Assembly (NCBI GenBank): GCA_965207885.1
Contig: OZ242311.1
Span: forward strand, 2,496,001-2,560,000
Direction of reading: 5' to 3'
Length of the DNA stretch: 64,000 nt
DNA from: Candidatus Latescibacterota bacterium
Lineage (GTDB): Bacteria > Latescibacterota > UBA2968
Position numbers and translations under genes: made by a program. The notes beneath the pieces are model-generated. The model saw only the letters and a list, made by a program, of their open reading frames with translations. It was not told the origin of the DNA and did not search any database. This document shows, piece after piece, positions 1 to 9,184 of this stretch (positions within the stretch are counted from its first letter, which is position 1; each line of letters opens with the position of its first letter).

Positions 1-717
1 TCGGATGAGGATTTGCCGCCAGGTTTTCACGTAAATCGCTTGCGAAATCATTTTATCTGGTACCTTTACGGTTTTGCGTTTGACCGCGTACTGGAGGCTT
101 TGACGCAACATCCCAAAGTGTGGCCGATTGTGAAAGCGCTGATGAATGATCGCCCGCGTTTGACGAGTGGCAATTTGATGGTGAATAATCACACGCACGA
201 ATTTCATCCCCTGCATTCGGCGCGGGAGAGTCCCAGCAAAGGACCTGAAGCACCGTACTATCTGGCTCGGGACGGAAAATGCCTGTGCGATCATCTGGTG
301 GTGTTTTTTTATTTGACAGATGTGTATGAAGGCGATGGTGGTTTGATTATTTTGCCGGGTTCACACAAGAGCGCGTTTGATCGGCCAGAGGGGTTTTTTT
401 ATCCGGGCAACCGGACGCCCGAAGGTGGGTATAATCCGGATTATGTTTCCTATGATGTTCCGCCAGGGGTATTAAACGTGCTTCCCAAAGCGGGCGATGT
501 GGTGATGATTTCAGAGATGGTGACACACGGTGCGCTGAGTTGGAAGCCGAGGGATCGAGACCGAAGATTTTTGACACTGCGGTACATGCCGCAGTTTGTG
601 ATGCCGCTCAATGAATTTCCCGATGAAATTGTCGAGCGATTGTTGCCCGAGACACAGGAGCTAATTGCGACAGCATCCTATTCGCAGATTAAGGAAATCG
701 TGCAAACTGAAAATTAA
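1..717 (+). CDS. PhyH-family Fe(II)/2-oxoglutarate enzyme (5'-truncated by window); HxA instead of HxD
   Basis: Frame open from base 1. Motifs LHSA, FYLTD, GGL-ILPGSHK, AGDVVM, THG, RRFL fit the PhyH DSBH fold. Confidence 0.8.
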   Translation, partial: SDEDLPPGFHVNRLRNHFIWYLYGFAFDRVLEALTQHPKVWPIVKALMNDRPRLTSGNLMVNNHTHEFHPLHSARESPSKGPEAPYYLARDGKCLCDHLVVFFYLTDVYEGDGGLIILPGSHKSAFDRPEGFFYPGNRTPEGGYNPDYVSYDVPPGVLNVLPKAGDVVMISEMVTHGALSWKPRDRDRRFLTLRYMPQFVMPLNEFPDEIVERLLPETQELIATASYSQIKEIVQTEN

Positions 718-728
718 GGGAGAAGACT

Positions 729-2051
729 ATGTCAGAGTTACAGCTTGAGTCTATTGAACCCTGGGCGCCACATCCGACCGCCGCGCCGTTGACAGAGCGC
801 AGTGGGGATACACTGGCAATTGCTGCAAACGGGACGCGCACCTGTATTGGCGGATGGCAGATCGCGTATTCGGATGTTGAGGCCGGCAAAATATATGAGA
901 TTGTTGCCCAGTCGCAGTTTCAAGATGTGGATACGGCACGCGATGTGTTGCGCTGTGAGGCGTATTGGGGCCATCTGGATCGGGACAGTGGGCGGCGCGG
1001 CGAAGTTTTGTCCTGGGATTATCTCCTTCCCGAGTGGAACGGCGATACCGTGCAATTTTCGCGGCGTCTCACTGCTCCGGAAGATGCCGAACATCTGACC
1101 GTGCGCTATACGTTTCGCTGGTCGGTTGTGGGATCATCCGAATGGCAATTGCCCAGAGTGATCGCGACAGACGTGGGAGAATCATACAAACCCGTGAAAA
1201 TTTGTGTCGCGACGGGACGGCGAGAAGATCGTGACCGGCGGTTTGAGTCAATTCAGGACAATGTCGATCTTTATTTGTCTTTGTGCGAGGAGATATGTGA
1301 AAAAGAAAAACCCGATTTGATTGTGTTGCCCGAGATCGCATTGCAATACGGGATTAAAGGGAGTCCGTTGGAACTGGCAGTGCCTGTGCCGGGACCCGAG
1401 GCGGAGCCGTTTGCGGATGTTGCGCGCGATTATGGCGTATATGTGCTGTTGGGTGTGCTTGAACGGGATGGCGATGCCGTTCACAATACAGCCGTGTTGT
1501 ACGCACCCGATGGCGGCGTGGATGGCAAATATCGCAAGGTGCATCTGGCGGTGGGTGGCGAGATGGATTCGGGTATTTTGCCGGGTGATGATTTTCCTGT
1601 ATTTGATACAGAGATCGGACGGATTGGGTGCAATATTTGTATGGATTCTTCGGCGGCTGAGTCTTCGCGGATGATCGGGTTAAACGGCGCGGACTTTTTG
1701 TTGTTGCCAATTATGGGCGATCACCGCGCGTGGCATCCAGAAGATCATACGTGGGATCCCGAACGCTTTCGCGGGATTATGCAGACTCGAGCGCTGGACA
1801 ATCAGTTGTGTATGGTGGTGGCGGTAAATCGCGCGGAGGGCAGTTGTATTATTGACCGCACCGGACATGTGCTGGCATGGAATGATGGCAGTGAGCCGTT
1901 TGTGACCGCAGAGGTAAATCTCGTGGATGGATTCAGTCCAAAGAGTCGCGGGTGCTTTCGCGGGATCAACTGGATGCAGCGACGACCACATACCTATCGC
2001 GCTTTTGTCGATGAAAAGAACGCGGGGACCTTGAAAACTGAGGCGTATTGA
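729..2051 (+). CDS. Carbon-nitrogen hydrolase (nitrilase superfamily) with ~150-aa N-terminal extra domain
   Basis: E-K-C triad in LPE, YRKVHL, ICMD; RALDNQ; SD GGGAG upstream. Confidence 0.85.
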   Translation: MSELQLESIEPWAPHPTAAPLTERSGDTLAIAANGTRTCIGGWQIAYSDVEAGKIYEIVAQSQFQDVDTARDVLRCEAYWGHLDRDSGRRGEVLSWDYLLPEWNGDTVQFSRRLTAPEDAEHLTVRYTFRWSVVGSSEWQLPRVIATDVGESYKPVKICVATGRREDRDRRFESIQDNVDLYLSLCEEICEKEKPDLIVLPEIALQYGIKGSPLELAVPVPGPEAEPFADVARDYGVYVLLGVLERDGDAVHNTAVLYAPDGGVDGKYRKVHLAVGGEMDSGILPGDDFPVFDTEIGRIGCNICMDSSAAESSRMIGLNGADFLLLPIMGDHRAWHPEDHTWDPERFRGIMQTRALDNQLCMVVAVNRAEGSCIIDRTGHVLAWNDGSEPFVTAEVNLVDGFSPKSRGCFRGINWMQRRPHTYRAFVDEKNAGTLKTEAY

Positions 2052-2054
2052 GGA

Positions 2055-3602
2055 TTATATGCCGAGCGCGATTTGCTCGCATTCGGCGTATTTTTTAACC
2101 AGTTCGTCATACACTGCGGTGTTGGTGGGCTTAAAGGCGGAGCCGGATATGGGTTCGGCGATGTTCTCGCAGATGTCTTCCCAGGTGGTGTTGAGGTGCG
2201 CGTGCGCTGCGCGGAGAGCCGCGCCGAGGGCTGCGCTGTTGGTGACTTCAAATTGGTGAATGGGGCAGTTTTGCACGTCGGCCATGATTTGAAGGATTTC
2301 GGGATTGACCGATGCCCCGCCTGTGACGTAGATGGCTGATGGACGCACGCCCATCCATTCTGAGTGACTGCGCATGGACATCATTTGTGCCTCGACAACC
2401 GCGCGGCAATTGCCAGCGGCGTCCTGTTCGTGGAGGTCAAAGCGGTGTACGCCGGGAGCGAGGACATTGGGTACGATTTCGGGTTCAAAATAGGGAAGCA
2501 GGATTTTTCCATTATTGCCCGGGGGGGTGGATTGGAGTGCATGGGAAAAACCATTCCAGTCCAGACCATGAGATTGGCGTACGGCTTCGCGGGCGAGGGA
2601 GCCGTTTTTGAAACAGATGAGGGTCATGTAGTCGCCAGTGGGTGAGACAAAGACGTGACCTTCGCCGCGCGGGTCGGTCTGGCAATTTTTCATTGTGCCA
2701 AAGTAGGTGTCGCTGGTGCCGAGCGAGATGGCGACGAGTCCCTCGCGGATTAGACCGAGGCCGATGACGCTGTTGGGATTGTCACCCGACCAGACGAGCG
2801 CCTGTGCATTGGGGTTGACGCCGTATTTATCGACAAAGTAGGGGTTCACAGTGCCGATAATTGCGCGGGATTCTGCAAGTGGAGGCAGGCGATGGGATAG
2901 ATCAGGGGCTGTGGCGGCGCATGCGGCAGCATGATAGGTTCGGGTCTGAATGTCCATCAGGTTCATGCCCGCGCCATCGCCGTGATCGATGGGGGCTGCT
3001 TTGCCCGCGATCAGAGAGGCCATGAAGGAAGAGACGAGCATGATGTGTGCGGTGTTGTTATAAGCATCGGGTTGTGTTTTGTAAAATTTGCGGATCTGTG
3101 GTCCCGTGAAGCGCTCAAAGGTGGTGGATCCCGTGGCGCTGGCTGTGGCTTGAAGACCGCCGAGGGCGTCGCAAATTTCATCGCATTCGGCGCGGGTAGA
3201 GGAGTCCATCCAGATGGGAGATGTGTCGCGAGAGAATATACCGCTGAGGTTTTCTACGAGGGATTTTGATGGGTTGAGATTGGATAAGATATCCGCATTT
3301 TTGAGATAGACAGAGCCGTGTTGTTGCCCCGAGCCAGAGATGGCTCGGATATTGCCGAGGGTTATGCCCTCGGTTTTCATTTTGCCAAAAAGCACATCGA
3401 GAGCTTCGGCCCACATGAGAGGTGGCGAGTGAACAATTTGGGGGTCGGGATGGTCGAGAACGCCATTTTGAGTGCCATAATGCGGTAGCGTTTCGTCGTA
3501 GTTCAGTGAAACATCGTACACGACTTTGCGGGTGTCGATGTCTATGATAATAGCACTCAAGCTCTGCGTGCTGGCGTCAAGCCCGAGATATAGGTTGCTC
3601 AT
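2055..3602 (-). CDS. xylB: Xylulokinase (FGGY family, XYLB/Xks1-type)
   Basis: LGLDASTQ, ISGSGQQHGSVY, PIWMDSST, ERFTGPQIRK, GDNPNS, CFKNGSLARE, TGGAS. Confidence 0.8.
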   Translation of the reverse strand: MSNLYLGLDASTQSLSAIIIDIDTRKVVYDVSLNYDETLPHYGTQNGVLDHPDPQIVHSPPLMWAEALDVLFGKMKTEGITLGNIRAISGSGQQHGSVYLKNADILSNLNPSKSLVENLSGIFSRDTSPIWMDSSTRAECDEICDALGGLQATASATGSTTFERFTGPQIRKFYKTQPDAYNNTAHIMLVSSFMASLIAGKAAPIDHGDGAGMNLMDIQTRTYHAAACAATAPDLSHRLPPLAESRAIIGTVNPYFVDKYGVNPNAQALVWSGDNPNSVIGLGLIREGLVAISLGTSDTYFGTMKNCQTDPRGEGHVFVSPTGDYMTLICFKNGSLAREAVRQSHGLDWNGFSHALQSTPPGNNGKILLPYFEPEIVPNVLAPGVHRFDLHEQDAAGNCRAVVEAQMMSMRSHSEWMGVRPSAIYVTGGASVNPEILQIMADVQNCPIHQFEVTNSAALGAALRAAHAHLNTTWEDICENIAEPISGSAFKPTNTAVYDELVKKYAECEQIALGI

Positions 3603-3675
3603 GGATACTCCTCAGGATTCATAAATAACGCAAAAACCATCTTTTTGATATTGTTCCGAAAAGGTCAGGATGTCC

Positions 3676-4287
3676 TCACGCTACATGTCGCCGCGATACT
3701 TGCAAAAATCTCACAGCGCGCTGTCCCAGCCGTTTTAACAGATCCAGGTCTTGCCGCGCTTTGGCCAGTATCAAAATGCCTTCGTAATACGCCCACAATG
3801 CCAGAGCTGTTTCCCGCGTATCCATGGGGGATAGATCACTGGCTTCTACCGCCTCGTCGAGTGTTCTTTGTAACCGACCGATTACATCCTCAAAGATGCG
3901 ATCAATTTTATGGCGGATCAGCGGCTCGTGCGCGCTCATCTCCACGGCGAGGTTGCCAAACGGGCATCCGCAAAGCTGTTTGTGCTGCTCGTAAAATTGG
4001 CAATTTTGCTCATAGACCAGTTCAAAAAAACGCGAAATCCGCTCCAGCGGTGGTCGTTCTGATGAAAAAGCCCGCTCCCAGGCGGTCTCTCGTGTAATCT
4101 CCCACCATCTATCTAATGAAGCCAGCACCAGGTCTTGTTTGGTCTCAAAAAAATGGTAAAAACTCCCCTTTTTTACTGCGGCAGCTTTGCACAATTCCTG
4201 TACACCCACGTCGGTATAACTGCGCGTTAAGAACAAGTCCATAGCAGCCTGTATCAGCCGCTCTTTTGCATCGCTCGTGCGTCCCAT
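3676..4287 (-). CDS. TetR/AcrR family regulator (NemR/LmrA-like)
   Basis: N-terminal HTH with KGSFYHFFETKQDL; C-terminal GCPFGNLAVE. Confidence 0.9.
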   Translation of the reverse strand: MGRTSDAKERLIQAAMDLFLTRSYTDVGVQELCKAAAVKKGSFYHFFETKQDLVLASLDRWWEITRETAWERAFSSERPPLERISRFFELVYEQNCQFYEQHKQLCGCPFGNLAVEMSAHEPLIRHKIDRIFEDVIGRLQRTLDEAVEASDLSPMDTRETALALWAYYEGILILAKARQDLDLLKRLGQRAVRFLQVSRRHVA

Positions 4288-4422
4288 GATGTGCCTTTTA
4301 CGATAGATTCGATAAGTCCGCGTCGTTTTTTGTTTTGCTTTAAATTTTGTAAATTGATAATATGGGCTGTTCTGAAACTAAATATAGTCTATCTAAACCG
4401 ACTTTTCAACAAGGAGCTTCAC

Positions 4423-5052
4423 ATGCGCGTCATTGCAATTGGTACAGAATACACGGGTAAAACTACGCTGGTTCAAGCCATCCAAAAATGGGGCATGGAG
4501 CGCGGTATTCGCCATCACATGGACGATCACTTTTCCATTCCCGATCAGCAAACCCTTACAAATCCCGCAGATCAAAAGGCTATGAACGAAGTGCCATCGC
4601 CCATCAAAGAGCGTTTTCAGCGTTTTCAGATCGCTTATCACGTGCGTCTGGTACACAACTACCAGCATGTCTTGCTCACGGGTTTTCACATTGAGGAAAT
4701 GGTCTATGGCCAACGCTATTATTATCCCGATCTTGCGCGCCCGGTCGAAAATCCCCAGGCATGGGAAAAAGACATGCCCAAAGATATTATTCTGGTGCAT
4801 CTCACAGCCAGTCCTGAGGTCATCAAACAGCGCATGAAAGACGATCCACACGATTATCCCATTGTACCCGAATCGGATATCGAAGAGGTCCAGGAGGCAT
4901 TTCACGAAGAATTTCGCAAGTCATTTTTTAAACAAAAATTTCAGATCGATACATCAGACCTGAATGCAGACACACTTCTCAAAGCCTTTCTCGACGAATC
5001 GTTTCCCTATCTCACCGCCGCTGATCACGCCATTCGGTTGGCGAGACCGTAG
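4423..5052 (+). CDS. P-loop nucleotide-kinase-fold protein of unknown function
   Basis: SD AAGGAG then ATG at 4423; Walker A-like GTEYTGKTT; LVHLTASPEVIKQR lid-like segment; IDTS. Confidence 0.65.
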   Translation: MRVIAIGTEYTGKTTLVQAIQKWGMERGIRHHMDDHFSIPDQQTLTNPADQKAMNEVPSPIKERFQRFQIAYHVRLVHNYQHVLLTGFHIEEMVYGQRYYYPDLARPVENPQAWEKDMPKDIILVHLTASPEVIKQRMKDDPHDYPIVPESDIEEVQEAFHEEFRKSFFKQKFQIDTSDLNADTLLKAFLDESFPYLTAADHAIRLARP

Positions 5053-5117
5053 TTAAAGATGAGGGACTGGGGATAGGTTCTCACCTCCTGCCAGTCCAAT
5101 CCTCCGAGGTACTGATC

Positions 5118-6518
5118 TTGCCATCCCCATCTCCTGACATACGCCTCGTGTTCGACGATGGCACGCTCGTTCTTATGGATCCGCCAGCGGACTATGAACC
5201 GCCATCTCCATTTGTATGGGATAGCCGCGTGGGACGCTGGCGTGCTCAGGCGCATCGGTATCGCAATATTGTCGAAGTGTTGCGAGCGCAGGATGTCAAA
5301 ATAAAAAATGTGGTCCCGCGCTACAATCGCCTCAAACTCAATTTTAACCGAGAACACACCCCACATCCGCATCAGGCTGAGGCCTTTGATGCCTGGCAAT
5401 CAAATCAATATCGCGGCGTGGTTGTTCTGCCCACGGGGTCGGGCAAGTCGCTTCTGGCGCTGATGGGTATTGCTGAAGTTGCCCGGAGTACTCTTGTTGT
5501 CGCGCCTACGATTGATCTTATGAATCAGTGGTATGACTTGCTCAAAGATGCCTTTTCATGCGATATCGGCATCCTGGGTGGGGGCTATCACGAGCTTGAA
5601 GATCTCACTGTAACGACCTACGACAGTGCGTATATGCACATGGACCGCTACGGCAATCGCTTTGGTTTTCTGGTTTTTGACGAGGTCCATCACCTGCCCG
5701 GCGAATCCTATTCCCACGGTGCGGAACTTTCTATTGCTCCTTATCGCCTGGGGCTTACAGCCACGCTCGAACGTCCCGATGGTCGCCATCTTATGCTGCG
5801 CGATCTCGTGGGGCCAACTGTTTATGAAAAGGGTATCCGCGACCTGTCTGGCGATTATCTCTCCGAGTACAATACAGAGCGCATAGAAGTCGATATGGTG
5901 GCCGAAGAGCGCGCTGAATACGAAACTGCGCGTTCGCAATTTAGCGCTTTTCTGGAATCCAAGAATCTGCGGTTGGGCAGTGCTTCTGGATGGCAAAATT
6001 TTGTGCGTCTTTCGGCGCGTTCCAGCGATGGCCGAAGGGCGATGCTCGCCTATCGTCGCTATCGAAAAGTCGCGCTGGGCACAACCGCTAAGTTGCGCGT
6101 GCTGGAAGACTTGCTGAAAAAACACCCGCGTGACCGCATGTTGATTTTTACCAACGACAATGAAACTGTTTATACGATTTCAGAGCAATTTCTCATTCCC
6201 GCCATTACGCACCAGACCCGCACAAAGGAGCGCAGGGAAATCCTCAAAGCTTTTAATCAGGGAGATATTCTCGCGCTTGTCACTTCTCGCGTGCTCAACG
6301 AAGGGGTCAACGTGCCCGAGGCCAATGTTGCGGTTGTGCTTTCGGGGACGAGTACGATCCGCGAGCACGTCCAGAGATTGGGGCGCATTTTGCGCCGCCG
6401 CGAAGGCAAACACGCCATTCTCTACGAAGTGATCTCCCGCAATACGGTTGAAGACCGCATTTCTCGCCGCCGCAGGCAACACGATGCGTACGATGGGAAG
6501 CAACGAGAGATGTTTTAG
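5118..6518 (+). CDS. SF2 DEAH helicase, XPB/Ssl2-like
   Basis: LPTGSGKS, DEVHH, LGLTAT, LNEGVNVP, QRLGRILR. Confidence 0.9.
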   Translation: MPSPSPDIRLVFDDGTLVLMDPPADYEPPSPFVWDSRVGRWRAQAHRYRNIVEVLRAQDVKIKNVVPRYNRLKLNFNREHTPHPHQAEAFDAWQSNQYRGVVVLPTGSGKSLLALMGIAEVARSTLVVAPTIDLMNQWYDLLKDAFSCDIGILGGGYHELEDLTVTTYDSAYMHMDRYGNRFGFLVFDEVHHLPGESYSHGAELSIAPYRLGLTATLERPDGRHLMLRDLVGPTVYEKGIRDLSGDYLSEYNTERIEVDMVAEERAEYETARSQFSAFLESKNLRLGSASGWQNFVRLSARSSDGRRAMLAYRRYRKVALGTTAKLRVLEDLLKKHPRDRMLIFTNDNETVYTISEQFLIPAITHQTRTKERREILKAFNQGDILALVTSRVLNEGVNVPEANVAVVLSGTSTIREHVQRLGRILRRREGKHAILYEVISRNTVEDRISRRRRQHDAYDGKQREMF

Positions 6519-6532
6519 AAGAAGGAGACGCT

Positions 6533-7150
6533 GTGCATATTGAAGATCTCTTTACGCCAGCCCAACGAGTGCTTGTCGCCCGTCTGCACAGCCGAGACCA
6601 GGAGGAACGTCGAGCTGGCTCTAACGATCCGCTGCGCCTCAAGGCCGCCAGCCCAGAGGTGGCACAGTATCTGTGTCTCACCGCGGTTCACCAGCGGGCG
6701 AGAACGCTGGTCGAATTTGGCACGTCGCACGGCTATTCCACTTTGCATCTGGCCGCGGCAGCGCAGCACACGGGAGGCCGCGTTTTTACCCTGGATCAGA
6801 TGCCCAAAAAAACTGCGGCGGCCCGAAGCAATTTGCGAGCCGCAGGGCTGGATCATCTGGTGGAATGCCATACAAGTACCGATGATGTTTTTATCGCTGC
6901 TCTTCCCGATTGTGTGGATTTCGTTTTTGTTGATTTTGGCCTGCACGCATTCGCGCCTATGTTCGATATGCTGGAAAGCCGCCTGGTGCCAGGGGCTTTC
7001 ATCTTTGTCGATGGCTGGTCTGCGGTTGAGCAATGGTACATGGATCCGGATTGGGCCGCTTTTAAGCGTCGCCTGGATGAGGCTCCCGATTATATGACCT
7101 GTATTTTACCCCTGCAAAAGTCGCACCTTATTGCCATTAAGCTATCTTGA
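6533..7150 (+). CDS. Class I SAM-dependent O-methyltransferase
   Basis: VEFGTSHGYSTL, DFVFVD, LVPGAFIFVD; SD AAGGAG. Confidence 0.85.
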   Translation: MHIEDLFTPAQRVLVARLHSRDQEERRAGSNDPLRLKAASPEVAQYLCLTAVHQRARTLVEFGTSHGYSTLHLAAAAQHTGGRVFTLDQMPKKTAAARSNLRAAGLDHLVECHTSTDDVFIAALPDCVDFVFVDFGLHAFAPMFDMLESRLVPGAFIFVDGWSAVEQWYMDPDWAAFKRRLDEAPDYMTCILPLQKSHLIAIKLS

Positions 7151-7160
7151 GTGATTCAAG

Positions 7161-7178
7161 AGAGACGTTGGCGTCTCT
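7161..7178 (+). terminator. Small hairpin after O-methyltransferase
   Basis: AGAGACG-TTGG-CGTCTCT stem; weak U tract. Confidence 0.3.
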
Positions 7179-7182
7179 GCTG

Positions 7183-7211
7183 TTGCAATTGGGATAGTAC
7201 AAGGGTATATT
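7183..7211 (+). promoter_or_regulatory. sigma70-type promoter
   Basis: TTGCAA-17 nt-TATATT upstream of the gene at 7261. Confidence 0.55.
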
Positions 7212-7260
7212 CTACCTCATTCATTAAAAAATATAACCCCAAAAAATAGAAAGGCATACC

Positions 7261-8115
7261 ATGGATATGACGAAACAACCGCCTCGCCGGCCGACCAATA
7301 CTTCAATGCTCGGCATTGTATCGCTTGCGCGTTTGACCGACAAAGCGCGGGCGCACCGGGCAAATACGATTGGCGACCATCTCTATGGCGAGAACTCGGG
7401 GTTGGACAAGATAGTACTCGATTTTCTCGGCGTCTCGCACGATGATTTTGCCGATGCAGCCCAGCGGATGAGCGACGCGGAATTGTGCGATTGGTTGCGC
7501 GAAAATTACCCTAAAACTGAAGACGAGGTTCAGGCGTACAACAACGAGCTTCTCACCTGGGAACCCTTTGATGATGCGAGTCGCCAGCGCTTAAAAGATC
7601 GTCTTGAAAAATTCAATGCCGATCCCGATAAGGTGAAAACGATGCTCCAATCTATGGAACTCGACGACTGGGGGTGTTTTCGGGATACCGATTTGACCCA
7701 ACATCCACCGCGCTCGCCGTATAACAGCGATGTTGCCGGTATTTACGGCGGATCGCGCATGGGCGATAAAGCACGCGCGGCAAAGGCGGGCAAGCTCAAC
7801 GATTATATCTATAATTGCCCCATCGATGAGGTTATTCTCGATTTTCTCAATATATCTGCCGAAGATTTTCAGGATGCGGCCTATCACAATGTCAACGATA
7901 TCGAACTCGGCGATTGGGTGCTCGAACACACGGATCGCACTCAGGATGAAATCTCGCGCCTGAACGAGGCTCTCTCTCAGAAGGGGCCCGAGAATGACGA
8001 GCAAGTGGCGATTTTCAACATAACGCTCGAGCGCATAGCACCCGGTCGCACCGATGTCACCACATGGTTTGACCTGCTTGACCTCGACGATGCACACGCC
8101 TACAACTTGGAATAA
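7261..8115 (+). CDS. Tandem two-domain DUF5069-like protein
   Basis: Two repeats of PR(S/R)P..GI...R..DKARA...G..LDFL.....F..A.....D.EL..W...L.LDD. Confidence 0.75.
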   Translation: MDMTKQPPRRPTNTSMLGIVSLARLTDKARAHRANTIGDHLYGENSGLDKIVLDFLGVSHDDFADAAQRMSDAELCDWLRENYPKTEDEVQAYNNELLTWEPFDDASRQRLKDRLEKFNADPDKVKTMLQSMELDDWGCFRDTDLTQHPPRSPYNSDVAGIYGGSRMGDKARAAKAGKLNDYIYNCPIDEVILDFLNISAEDFQDAAYHNVNDIELGDWVLEHTDRTQDEISRLNEALSQKGPENDEQVAIFNITLERIAPGRTDVTTWFDLLDLDDAHAYNLE

Positions 8116-8125
8116 GAGTGGGGAT

Positions 8126-8398
8126 ATGCCCGAACCCGTTGAACTTCCAATTGATGGCGAACTCGATCTGCACCACTTTCATCCGGATGATGTCAAGGCT
8201 CTCGTGCCCGATTATCTCGATGAGTGCAAACTGCGCGGTATTTCCGACGTGCGTATTATTCATGGCAAAGGCACGGGTGTTCTCCGCGAAATCGTCCACA
8301 CCATTTTAAAACGCCGGCCCGATGTCATCGCATATCATCTCACCGATCACAACTGGGGTTCGACCTCTGTTGTTCTCAACCTGAAGACGCAATCGTGA
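8126..8398 (+). CDS. Stand-alone Smr/MutS2 C-terminal domain protein
   Basis: ELDLHH, VRIIHGKGTGVLR, NWGST. Confidence 0.9.
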   Translation: MPEPVELPIDGELDLHHFHPDDVKALVPDYLDECKLRGISDVRIIHGKGTGVLREIVHTILKRRPDVIAYHLTDHNWGSTSVVLNLKTQS

Positions 8399-9159
8399 CG
8401 CCCAATTTAGAACTCGTCGAATATATCCAAAATGCCGAGCGCATTCTTATCTTCACGGGTGCAGGTGTTTCCACCGCGAGTGGCATACCCGACTTTCGCG
8501 GTCCCGATGGCGTGTGGAAAACCCGACGGCCGGTTTATTATCGGGATTTTATGACCTCTGAAGAAGCGCGTATTGAAGCGTGGGATCAAAAACTCGAGGG
8601 TTGGGCTGCCTTTGAAAATGCCCGTCCCAATACCGTTCACGAGGCTGTTGTGAAGCTCGAGCGAGCAGATAAAGTCGAATGCGTCATCACGCAAAATATC
8701 GATGGTCTGCATACCCGAGCAGGCACTTCACCTGAGCGTTTGATTGAATTGCACGGTACCAATGCGGAAGTCGAATGCCAGACCTGCGGCAAACGCAGCG
8801 ATCCCGAACGCCACTACGCTGCCTTTCGCCGCACAAAAAGACCTCCCATGTGCGAATGCGGAGGTTATCTCAAATCGGCGACCATCAGCTTTGGTCAACT
8901 GCTCATTGAAGCGGACTTGCACCAAGCAGCAAAAGTAGCAGCCAATGCCGACCTGGCGATATCTCTGGGTTCTACTCTATCCGTCTATCCCGCCGCGAGC
9001 TTTCCATTGATGGCAGCAGAGCGCGGTGCGCCCTATGTGATTATCAATAAGGGCAAAACTGATCACGACAATTATGCACATCTCGCATTGCGCCTTGAAG
9101 GCGATGTAACAGAAATTTTTCCACTATCTGTAGAAGAAGCACTTGAGCCTGTCCTGTAA
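8395..9159 (+). CDS. cobB: Sir2-family NAD-dependent protein deacylase
   Basis: TGAGVSTASGIPDFRG, TQNIDGLH, ELHG, CxxC/CxC Zn site, GSTLSVYPAA; GTGA overlap with Smr gene. Confidence 0.9.
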   Translation: MTPNLELVEYIQNAERILIFTGAGVSTASGIPDFRGPDGVWKTRRPVYYRDFMTSEEARIEAWDQKLEGWAAFENARPNTVHEAVVKLERADKVECVITQNIDGLHTRAGTSPERLIELHGTNAEVECQTCGKRSDPERHYAAFRRTKRPPMCECGGYLKSATISFGQLLIEADLHQAAKVAANADLAISLGSTLSVYPAASFPLMAAERGAPYVIINKGKTDHDNYAHLALRLEGDVTEIFPLSVEEALEPVL

Positions 9160-9184
9160 CAGGCGTTTCAAGTCTTACCGCTTT

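Noticed and set aside
4288-4422. TetR operator palindrome in the divergent intergenic region
   Set aside because: No convincing inverted repeat could be read.
8395-9159. Sir2 beside nucleases and a helicase as an anti-phage NADase system
   Set aside because: It has the Zn-binding cysteines and full motif set of a housekeeping CobB-type deacylase, and no HerA, pAgo or ThsB partner.
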